Virus record (IMG/VR): IMGVR_UViG_3300045988_141012 | Origin: a virus | Length of the DNA: 64,000 bases | Strand: one strand, 5' to 3' | Shown here: positions 1 to 7,043 of the stretch, in pieces | Numbering within the stretch: the stretch's first letter is position 1 | Layout: every line of letters begins with the position of its first letter | The notes under the pieces: generated by a model | Database searches by the model: none | The model's input: only the letters and a program-made list of their open reading frames with translations | Told to the model about the DNA's origin: nothing | Made by a program: the position numbers and the translations under genes

Positions 1-1
1 G

Positions 2-1075
2 ACTGGCGGTTGTATTGGTTATTGTAACAACACTGGTTCTCTTACAATAACCAATGTGAACAGTATTATTGACGAACTGATGACTTCTAACACCGTGGCT
101 AAATTAGGTGGGCTTGTAGGAGAAGTTGAAATTAAAACTGGTTCGTATATTACTATTCAATACATATCTGTGTATATAAAAGATAGTGCTGGGTCAGGCT
201 CGTATTATGGAGGATTAATCGGATATGTTGTTCAATATTCGTCTTATTACACAACATATCTTAAAATTTTAGACTCCATAACAGACGTTACTTTAATTCT
301 ATCAAAGGGGACGTTTAAGACGTATGTTGGTGGTTGGAAATATAGTCCTGTAGAAAGTACCATTAAGTCAAGAATGAGTAATCTTTGGTATAACAGTAAC
401 TCAACAAATAATAACGGTGCATATAGTGGATTATTTACTTCGACTGATAGTACAGATGTTGTTACAGCGGTAGATTTTTCAGCAAGTAATTCGGCGACAG
501 TAAATTCAGACTGGAGCTCAACTCTACGAATTTATAACGCTGCATACCATCTTGCTTGTCGTAAGTTCTCGGTAGAAACGTTGCAGTCTGGTTCAGTTAC
601 TTATCGGAATATTATTTTGCTTAATGATATGTATACACGAAAACATTCTCTAGTTCCTATTAAAATGTTGTTGATTATGGATATGGGTGGCGACAATCCA
701 TATGAAGAAAATTTAACAACAGGAAAATATTTCTTGGTAACTGGAACTTCTTTTACATTGCCAAAAGCAGATAAATATTCGTATCTTGAACAAAAATTAA
801 ATTTACGTAGTTTAACTGACTCAGACAAATATTTATCTAAATCTCTAGAATCAGAAGCTACTTCTGTATATTATTCACCAAGTGATACGATTAACAATAT
901 TACTACGGATATTTATTTGTGGACAGATAGTATAGATACAACAAAGATACTTACCTACAAAAAAGACAACAGCACAATCGTCAATATTGAGGATATTTAT
1001 GATAAAACAACATCATCAACAATGAAAGTGATAACCGACTATAAGTACAGAAAAGATAGTTCAACAATGGTATAA
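2..1075 (+). CDS. phage structural protein, tail-fibre / host-recognition-like (5' end outside window)
   Basis: Frame is open from the window edge (TGGCIGYCNNTGSLTITN precedes the GTG of track ORF 56..1075). Gly-rich GGLVG/GGLIG motifs and a Ser/Thr/Asn-rich C-terminal half. Directly upstream of an XkdX-like gene, as tail-fibre genes are in Firmicutes phages. Confidence 0.5.
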   Translation, partial: TGGCIGYCNNTGSLTITNVNSIIDELMTSNTVAKLGGLVGEVEIKTGSYITIQYISVYIKDSAGSGSYYGGLIGYVVQYSSYYTTYLKILDSITDVTLILSKGTFKTYVGGWKYSPVESTIKSRMSNLWYNSNSTNNNGAYSGLFTSTDSTDVVTAVDFSASNSATVNSDWSSTLRIYNAAYHLACRKFSVETLQSGSVTYRNIILLNDMYTRKHSLVPIKMLLIMDMGGDNPYEENLTTGKYFLVTGTSFTLPKADKYSYLEQKLNLRSLTDSDKYLSKSLESEATSVYYSPSDTINNITTDIYLWTDSIDTTKILTYKKDNSTIVNIEDIYDKTTSSTMKVITDYKYRKDSSTMV

Positions 1076-1079
1076 AGGG

Positions 1080-1511
1080 GTGATTAATTTGTTAATTATT
1101 AATGATAAAATTCAAATTCAAGAAGGTGAAGAAATTTATGAAAGAGATTTTTTCACAAGAGGAGCTAAGAGAAAATGTATTCAAATAGAAATTCCAAAAC
1201 AAGATGGAGTAACATATGAAACACTTGTAAGTGCATTTACGGATGGTATTTCTATTGTTAGACGATTGACGGAAACAAGAATTGTTCCTCATCTTGTATC
1301 AGAGGCTACTGAAACAGAAGACGCAGTTTATGAAGATATTGCTGAAGAATATAATAAAGATTATTCTTTGACAAATTTTGTAGTAGCTGGTGATATTATT
1401 GATAAGAGAGATGGTTCATTTGTTGTTTATATGGGAGTTAAAACAGAGACTGAAATACTCGAGGAACAAAACGCTGAGCTTATGTTAACGCTTGTCGGAG
1501 GTGAAGAATAA
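1080..1511 (+). CDS. hypothetical protein (tail-fibre-associated position)
   Basis: Track ORF of 143 aa. 4-nt gap to the upstream gene and a TAATG overlap with the next gene. No recognisable motif. Confidence 0.5.
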   Translation: MINLLIINDKIQIQEGEEIYERDFFTRGAKRKCIQIEIPKQDGVTYETLVSAFTDGISIVRRLTETRIVPHLVSEATETEDAVYEDIAEEYNKDYSLTNFVVAGDIIDKRDGSFVVYMGVKTETEILEEQNAELMLTLVGGEE

Positions 1512-1666
1512 TGTATTACAATATGATACGAAAATATTATCTTGAAGGTTATGGTTATCCAAAGAAGTATTACACTGATGTTGATTTAGATAAGTTTGTA
1601 GTAAAAGGTATGATAACTCAACAACAGTCTGATGAGTTAAAAGCAGAAAAAGGAAGTGATAAATAA
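1511..1666 (+). CDS. XkdX-like small phage protein
   Basis: 51-aa ORF below the track cutoff: MYYNMIRKYYLEGYGYPKKYYTDVDLDKFVVKGMITQQQSDELKAEKGSDK. The Y-rich N-terminus followed by V.KG.IT...Y/ELK resembles the XkdX family. Start overlaps the upstream stop (TAATG). Confidence 0.6.
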   Translation: MYYNMIRKYYLEGYGYPKKYYTDVDLDKFVVKGMITQQQSDELKAEKGSDK

Positions 1667-1818
1667 TGGCTGAGACTGTTAAAAAGACAGTGGAGTTCCA
1701 AATAGAGGATATGAATGCTGTGATAAATTGTTTGAATGATATTAGTATTCGTGGGATAGATTGTATTAAATTTGCAAATGTTCTACATATTTTACAAAGC
1801 AAAGGTACTATTAAGTAA
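1666..1818 (+). CDS. hypothetical small protein
   Basis: 50-aa ORF (MAETVKKTVEFQIEDMNAVINCLNDISIRGIDCIKFANVLHILQSKGTIK). Its ATG overlaps the XkdX-like stop and AGGAAG lies upstream. Confidence 0.4.
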   Translation: MAETVKKTVEFQIEDMNAVINCLNDISIRGIDCIKFANVLHILQSKGTIK

Positions 1819-1835
1819 GACACCAAGGAGGGCTA

Positions 1836-2387
1836 ATGGAAGTAATATCAGAATTACAAAATATAGATTTGACTTCGTGGATTATTGTTGGTTTTATGAT
1901 AATGGCAATCATTGTAACATTCTATGAGATCATATGTAAAGTATGTGCCATTTTCAATAAGCCAATAGGAGCAATGAAACAACGAAAGGCTGACCATGCA
2001 TTGTTAGTTGAGACGGTTCAGGATTTAAAGCAATTACACGAAAAGCACGAAGAAGATACTAAGCAGTCAATTAAGCACGATAAGATTATCAAGGAAGATT
2101 TAAAAGATTTAAATGAAACCATCTTACAGATTAAAGATGAGGTAACATTAATGCGAACTCAAAGAGATGGAGATAAACTTGCCGAATATAAAGATAAAAT
2201 TGGTGAAAGCTACAGATTTTATTCAATGAGAAAATATTCAGATGAAGAACCTGTCCCTTATTGGAATCACATGGAGAAAGAAGCATTGAAAGGTCTTATT
2301 ACTCAATATGAAATTCACGGGGGGAGCAATAGTTTTGTACATTCTATTGTTGAACCTAAAATGGAAACTTGGAAGGTAATTGATTAA
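1836..2387 (+). CDS. membrane-anchored coiled-coil protein (possible lysis/holin-associated)
   Basis: Strong RBS (AAGGAGGGCTA-ATG). N-terminal TM helix (WIIVGFMIMAIIVTFYEII) followed by a charged coiled-coil. Last gene of the + strand late block. Function inferred from position only. Confidence 0.5.
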   Translation: MEVISELQNIDLTSWIIVGFMIMAIIVTFYEIICKVCAIFNKPIGAMKQRKADHALLVETVQDLKQLHEKHEEDTKQSIKHDKIIKEDLKDLNETILQIKDEVTLMRTQRDGDKLAEYKDKIGESYRFYSMRKYSDEEPVPYWNHMEKEALKGLITQYEIHGGSNSFVHSIVEPKMETWKVID

Positions 2388-2547
2388 AATCCAATAATCG
2401 AATATAGCACAAACAACACTTGAGGTTGTTTTGAACGTGGAAGCAAGATGTCGGTTCGCTTTCGGTGTCTTGTGGAGTTCTATGGAGGGTTGTGTGATAA
2501 CCACATAGCGAATAGGCATAGGCTGAAAGAAAACACATTACAATTTT

Positions 2548-2584
2548 AGGGTAGAGGAATTAAGTTTCCCCTACCCTATTTTTT
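2548..2584 (+). terminator. rho-independent terminator of the late operon
   Basis: AGGGTAGAGG...CCCCTACCCT stem (about 9 bp, one bulge) followed by ATTTTTT. Confidence 0.6.
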
Positions 2585-2659
2585 ACGCCTTTCAAGAATA
2601 ATTTATAGAAATATAGATTTATTTTCCTTTTACTTTTTAGATTATAATAACACCAATTT

Positions 2660-2681
2660 TGATACCAATTTGATACCAATT
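2660..2681. repeat. 22-nt direct repeat copy 1 (TGATACCAATTTGATACCAATT)
   Basis: Exact 22/22 match to 2884-2905. Itself a tandem of GATACCAATT. Further TTGATAC/TTGATAA copies at 2684-2710. Confidence 0.85.
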
Positions 2682-2883
2682 AATTGATAAAAGTTGATAC
2701 ATTTTGATACTTTTAAGCCTTTTAGAATTATTTTCCAATCTTTGAGCCCTTAAAAAATGGCTTAAAATAAGGGTTTCTGAGGATTTTAAATTATTTTTGA
2801 TATTATATCACTTTTTTTCTCAGTTGTCCACAGGAAGCTGAGAATGGCTTAAATACTATGTTTCTCGCATTTTTATATTTTTC

Positions 2884-2905
2884 TGATACCAATTTGATAC
2901 CAATT
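2884..2905. repeat. 22-nt direct repeat copy 2 (TGATACCAATTTGATACCAATT)
   Basis: Exact copy of 2660-2681, ending 1 nt before the int stop codon. Confidence 0.85.
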
Positions 2906-4057
2906 TTAAACGATATGTAATTCATTAATATAATTAAATAACGTATCATTTTGAATATGAGTATAAACATCTAAAGCTGTTTTAACAGAAGCGTGCCCTA
3001 AGTAATTTTGAACAATTTTAGGTGGTATATTTTTCTCAAAACATTTCGTGGCGAATGTATGACGAAACATATGTGGGTGTATATGAGGAAGAAATTGTGG
3101 TTCTCTATTTTCCTTTTGTGCTAAATCTTCCTCTTTTTTATTAAACCCTATTATTAAATTGTCTAAACTTCTATCCACAGAATTTTTTGACAATGGTTGC
3201 TTTCGTTTACCTACGAATACAAAATCATCACCTGAAAATTTAGTTGTTTTATGAAAATTCAATAACTCTAATAATTCATCCGAAATAGGCGTAAGTCTAA
3301 CTGATGATTTTGATTTTGGAGTTTGATTATATTTTTTAACTTTTACAGTTTGCATAAATGTTTTATTAATTGATATTACTCTTTTTTCAAAATCAACATC
3401 CGACCATCTCAACGCAAGGGCTTCTCCTATTCTTACTCCTGTCATAAGCAAAAATTTATACAAATCAATAAAACAATGTTTTTTGCTTGTGCCATATGTT
3501 AAGAAAGTATTAATCTCATCGTCTGTTAAGATTTTTCTTTTTTTATTTACATCTACTTCATAATTTTTACATGTTTCTAATAATGTTATTGGATTAACTA
3601 TCATATATTTTTGCTTTTGAGCCATTTTAAACATACCACTTAGAACTGTCTTTATATTGTTTATCGTATGAACCGAAACACTTTTTCTTTTCTCATTTAA
3701 AAATTGATTTATATGAAAAAGTTCGATATTATTTATTTTTAAAAGCCCCATTGTCGGTGCGACATGTTTGTAATAAATTTTTTCAGAATTATAGACCGTC
3801 GATGGTTTACAAGTCATTCTTCTTTCATTTATCCACATGCCATGTAATTCATTCATGGTAACAGTATTAGAATTTATACCTAATCCAACAGCATTCTCAT
3901 ATTTTGCTTTTGTGAATTTTTCCTTCACCTCTTTTAGTTTATGTCCATAAATTGTTTTTCTTTTTCCAAAAATATCAGTATATCTTGCCATATACCTTCC
4001 ATCTTTAATTTGACATAAACCTTCTCCTAATTCCTTTCCTTTTAAATCTTTTCCCAT
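2906..4057 (-). CDS. int: tyrosine recombinase / phage integrase
   Basis: 383 aa. C-terminal catalytic signature ...GVRIGEALALRWSDVD... HMFRHTFATKCF... LGHASVKTALDVYTH (R..H-x-x-R..Y). N-terminal SAM-like arm/core-binding domain. Confidence 0.9.
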   Translation of the reverse strand: MGKDLKGKELGEGLCQIKDGRYMARYTDIFGKRKTIYGHKLKEVKEKFTKAKYENAVGLGINSNTVTMNELHGMWINERRMTCKPSTVYNSEKIYYKHVAPTMGLLKINNIELFHINQFLNEKRKSVSVHTINNIKTVLSGMFKMAQKQKYMIVNPITLLETCKNYEVDVNKKRKILTDDEINTFLTYGTSKKHCFIDLYKFLLMTGVRIGEALALRWSDVDFEKRVISINKTFMQTVKVKKYNQTPKSKSSVRLTPISDELLELLNFHKTTKFSGDDFVFVGKRKQPLSKNSVDRSLDNLIIGFNKKEEDLAQKENREPQFLPHIHPHMFRHTFATKCFEKNIPPKIVQNYLGHASVKTALDVYTHIQNDTLFNYINELHIV

Positions 4058-4144
4058 AATTTATTCTCCTTAATCAAAAAGAAAAATAAATCATAATTTC
4101 TATAACGATTATATTATATAATATTATGATTTATTTTTCAAGTC

Positions 4145-4342
4145 TTATCTACCTGTATTTTGATCTATATATTTATCCAATATCGTTTTATTTGCAAATA
4201 CTCTACCATTTATCCTGCATACATAAGGACAATTTGGTTCAGAAAGCATTTTTCTAATAGTTGTTTTCCCCATTCCAAGATACTCACAAAGATCTGTTAC
4301 AGATAAAAGTTTTTTGTTATTATATCTATTATTAGTCGTCAT
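4145..4342 (-). CDS. xis: excisionase-type helix-turn-helix DNA-binding protein
   Basis: 65 aa. LLSVTDLCEYLGMGKTTIRKML... is the MerR/excisionase-like HTH. Immediately upstream of int on the same strand. Confidence 0.65.
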   Translation of the reverse strand: MTTNNRYNNKKLLSVTDLCEYLGMGKTTIRKMLSEPNCPYVCRINGRVFANKTILDKYIDQNTGR

Positions 4343-4374
4343 ATATCACCCTTTCTATAATAACAATCTCCTAT

Positions 4375-4986
4375 TTACTTATTTGTACTTCCAAAGCCAC
4401 CGTTTCTCTCTTCAACGACATCATCATCAATCACAGTTCCATACTGCACAAAAATGCCCTGTGCAAATTTGTCGCCCCGATTGATTCTTACAATTTTATC
4501 TTCAAGCGAATTGTTTGTCATCTTAATGAAGATATGACCCTCGTTATCACTATTACTGTAATCACTATCAATTATTCCTGTAAGATTGTCCAACCATAAG
4601 CGATACTTAAATCCCAAACTACTTCTCGAATAAATTTTTAACACCCAATTTTCATCTATCAACGCCCTTATGCCTGTTGGTATCTTAATTGTTTCGCCGG
4701 GCTTTAATTCAAATGAAATTGGACTTTCAAAATCATAGCCAGCAGAGCCCTTTGTAGCCCTTGTAGGAGGGTTTAAAAGGTCATAATAGTCTGAAAGTTG
4801 TTGATAGTCATACTTTGTACCAAAAGTGGCTTTCATATCGTTTATAAATTGGTCTTTGGTTACTTTCTTCAAAATAGCTATATCCCGATTGTTTTCTGGT
4901 TTATCTAAAAAATAATGAACCAGTATTAACGCAATAGCTATAATGAGAAGAATTGAATTAAAAGTTGCTATCATATTTTTTATCAT
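4375..4986 (-). CDS. dut: dUTP diphosphatase with N-terminal transmembrane extension
   Basis: dUTPase motifs GSAGYDF, IPTG, GIIDSDY, GGFGST in residues ~80-203. Residues 1-30 form a hydrophobic helix (FNSILLIIAIALILVHYF). Confidence 0.8.
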   Translation of the reverse strand: MIKNMIATFNSILLIIAIALILVHYFLDKPENNRDIAILKKVTKDQFINDMKATFGTKYDYQQLSDYYDLLNPPTRATKGSAGYDFESPISFELKPGETIKIPTGIRALIDENWVLKIYSRSSLGFKYRLWLDNLTGIIDSDYSNSDNEGHIFIKMTNNSLEDKIVRINRGDKFAQGIFVQYGTVIDDDVVEERNGGFGSTNK

Positions 4987-5000
4987 TCTTCCTTTCTGTC

Positions 5001-5588
5001 TTATTCAACTATTCTTCGTGCCGTAGCATAATCACTTCTTGCTGACAAGCTTGCAATTTTTACTACGTCACCTGTTTGAGGAGCGTGAATCATCATTCCG
5101 TCTCCTATGTACATTCCTACATGATGTGGAGATGAGCTATCACCGAAAAATACTAAATCGCCAGCAAGCAATTCATCTCGTGACACATATCTTCCTTCAT
5201 TGACTTGAGTGTAGGTTGTTCGGCTAATATTTACACCTATTTGTCCATAAACATATTGAACAAGTCCACTACAATCGAACCCACTTGGTGTTGTTCCTCC
5301 CCATACATATGGAACGCCTAAATATTGTTTTGCAGTTTCTACTGCTTTTTGATTTAAGGGTGTTGGCGTCGGTGTAGGACTTGGGGTTGGTTCAGGTATT
5401 GGTGACGGAGTTGGCTCTAATGCTTTCTCAATGACTTGTGTTGTATAGTGAACTGACCACACATCACTTATGTCATTCGTCACATTTTCGTTTATATTTG
5501 GTATCGCATATGAATTAATCATGCTTGTCGCAAAAAATAAACTTCCTAAAACTAAACTTACGGTTCTTTTTCCTTTCGTTACTACCAT
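5001..5588 (-). CDS. secreted NlpC/P60 peptidoglycan endopeptidase
   Basis: Signal peptide (LVLGSLFFATSMINSYA), Pro/Thr linker (PTPSPIPEPTPSPTPTPTP) and NlpC/P60 core YVWGG..GFDCSGLVQYVY..HHVGMYIGDG.MIHAP. Confidence 0.85.
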   Translation of the reverse strand: MVVTKGKRTVSLVLGSLFFATSMINSYAIPNINENVTNDISDVWSVHYTTQVIEKALEPTPSPIPEPTPSPTPTPTPLNQKAVETAKQYLGVPYVWGGTTPSGFDCSGLVQYVYGQIGVNISRTTYTQVNEGRYVSRDELLAGDLVFFGDSSSPHHVGMYIGDGMMIHAPQTGDVVKIASLSARSDYATARRIVE

Positions 5589-5657
5589 TAAATTCCTTTC
5601 TCCCGTTCGGATATAGCAGGTATATATCCTTTACGTTGTTCTTTGAATGTTCCAACA

Positions 5658-5687
5658 TTGACATCAATATCCATAATTTGATATAAT
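5658..5687 (+). promoter_or_regulatory. sigma-A type promoter (TTGACA-18-TGaTATAAT)
   Basis: TTGACA at 5658-5663 and TATAAT at 5682-5687, preceded by TGa (extended -10). About 80 nt upstream of the 5769 ORF. Confidence 0.5.
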
Positions 5688-5768
5688 TATTTTGCATATT
5701 CTACGAAGTGTGTTGAGCTCAATCTCAACCGACATTTTGTAAGTAGATGCAGAAAGAGAGGATAGTTA

Positions 5769-5987
5769 ATGTCAGATGTCTTGAACATTGCAGTGCAGTG
5801 TAACAGCCCTGAACAACTTATTGCTCTTATAGCAATAATGATATTTGTTTTTGCCTTGACAGTCGTCGTACTTAAAGGCATAATCAGATTTGCAGGGATG
5901 ATTCTCAGCACCATTTTGCATTATCACAATGCAACTGTGAAAATCAGTGGAGCTTCAGTTAACGCTGAGTTAGAGCTCCATAATTGA
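5769..5987 (+). CDS. small single-pass membrane protein (moron-like, opposite strand)
   Basis: 72 aa with RBS GAGAGGATAGTTA-ATG and a central TM helix (LIALIAIMIFVFALTVVVL). Has its own promoter and terminator. Confidence 0.55.
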   Translation: MSDVLNIAVQCNSPEQLIALIAIMIFVFALTVVVLKGIIRFAGMILSTILHYHNATVKISGASVNAELELHN

Positions 5988-5993
5988 ATTAAT

Positions 5994-6024
5994 GAGACCT
6001 CATTTTGATATGGGGTCTTATTTT
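5994..6024 (+). terminator. rho-independent terminator
   Basis: GAGACCTC...GGGGTCTT stem followed by TATTTT, directly after the 5769..5987 ORF. Confidence 0.55.
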
Positions 6025-6170
6025 CCATCTTCATAAAGTGAAGATAATTTATCTTGAACTTCATTATCAAGACAGTATTGTAGAAGCATTTCTTGATAAT
6101 GAGTAAGATTAACTTTGAATTGACTTTCTATGAAGTCTTTTACTCTGTTGTATGTATTTATGTCTGTCAT
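6018..6170 (-). CDS. hypothetical small protein
   Basis: 50-aa ORF below the track cutoff (MTDINTYNRVKDFIESQFKVNLTHYQEMLLQYCLDNEVQDKLSSLYEDGK), co-oriented with its neighbours. Weak support. Confidence 0.3.
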   Translation of the reverse strand: MTDINTYNRVKDFIESQFKVNLTHYQEMLLQYCLDNEVQDKLSSLYEDGK

Positions 6171-6201
6171 ATTAATCGCAATATAATGTTATGATGATTC
6201 A

Positions 6202-6972
6202 TTAAGAAATCTTCTTTCTTAATATTCTGCCTTTAACCCATCCATTTAAAAGATAACTGTCTAATTCTTCTGGTTTTACTCTCTTTGTATTTATTCCGTT
6301 ATTGACATAAATTCTACCCTTTTGGATATTGCTTATCATGTCTTTAGTTTCTTTATTGTGATGCTTGCCATAGAAGGGGTTATTTTCACCTAATGCAATA
6401 TTGTTTTTAATTCTAGTTTCAGATATTTTCTTTTTAGTATCTTCTGACCTAGATTTATTGAACCAATATGCTTCTTCATGTTTTCCATACATATGATTTT
6501 TACATCCAATTTGAGCTTCACTTATTCTACGTTTTGCATCTTCAGATTGATGTTTGCCGTACATAGGATTATTTTTGCCCTGTTTAGATTTACTCATTTT
6601 ATTTATAGATTCTTTTTTATGTTTTTTATTATAGAACGGATGATTTTCCCCTCTCAGTGCATATTTAGAATTACTTCCACCATATGCAAGATTATAAAAA
6701 TCTTTACTTGAATCAGCTTGATAGAAGTTAATCCAATAAATTTCTTTTAAGTTTAATTCTTCATATGTTTTACACCATTCAATAACTTCACATTTAAAAT
6801 TATCATGTCCAAATTCAGACAACGCTTCTTTTATGAGTTTTCCAGATCCATAATAATATTTATCAAATTCTTTTGAAGAATGCTGACCTATATATCTCAT
6901 TCCACTAACTAAATTTGTGGTTATGTAAATATATCCATAATAATCCTCATCATTACATTGACACTCTGTCAT
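6202..6972 (-). CDS. GIY-YIG homing endonuclease with NUMOD3-like repeats (free-standing)
   Basis: YGYIYITTN..RYIGQH (GIY/YIG), YYGSG, E..N core. Four repeats of G(E/K)N(H/N)P(F/M)YGK(H) are NUMOD3-like DNA-binding modules. Start placed at ATG 6972 (SD AAGGTGG 9 nt upstream) rather than track start 7014. Overlaps the nrdD exon 2 stop. Confidence 0.85.
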   Translation of the reverse strand: MTECQCNDEDYYGYIYITTNLVSGMRYIGQHSSKEFDKYYYGSGKLIKEALSEFGHDNFKCEVIEWCKTYEELNLKEIYWINFYQADSSKDFYNLAYGGSNSKYALRGENHPFYNKKHKKESINKMSKSKQGKNNPMYGKHQSEDAKRRISEAQIGCKNHMYGKHEEAYWFNKSRSEDTKKKISETRIKNNIALGENNPFYGKHHNKETKDMISNIQKGRIYVNNGINTKRVKPEELDSYLLNGWVKGRILRKKIS

Positions 6973-7043
6973 TAATCTCTGCCACCTTACTTTTATTATA
7001 TCTGGTCTGACCATGAACTCTTGTAAAACCTAGATAACCGTTC
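6953..7043 (-). CDS. nrdD: anaerobic ribonucleoside-triphosphate reductase, exon 2 (glycyl-radical motif)
   Basis: Encodes (M)NGYLGFTRVHGQTRYNKSKVAEINDRVSM*. This matches the class III RNR C-terminal pattern R-x-x-G-Y-L-G...N-x-x-K-x-x-E-x-x-x-R-V. In frame with exon 1 after removal of 7044-7328. Confidence 0.8.

Larger units (their letters stand above)
2650..2905. promoter_or_regulatory. putative attP / recombinase-binding region
   Basis: Non-coding, directly abuts the 3' end of int. Contains multiple TTGATAC(C) repeats, a duplicated 22-mer, three GGCTTAAA copies (2712-2719 inverted; 2756-2766 and 2843-2853 direct as AATGGCTTAAA) and a 7-bp inverted repeat TTCTCAG-N14-CTGAGAA (about 2816-2845). 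Confidence 0.4.

Noticed and set aside
2400-2540. GC-rich segment next to attP considered as a tRNA/tmRNA gene or 3' fragment.
   Set aside because: No cloverleaf can be drawn. There is no GTTCGAATC-type T-loop with a matching 5-bp stem, no acceptor/CCA end and no anticodon arm. It is retained only as a generic structured-RNA candidate.
5515-5914. Minus-strand track ORFs 5515..5697 and 5687..5914 upstream of the NlpC/P60 gene.
   Set aside because: They overlap the promoter, leader and coding region of the better-supported + strand 72-aa gene. They lack an RBS, and 5515..5697 overlaps the NlpC/P60 N-terminus in another frame.
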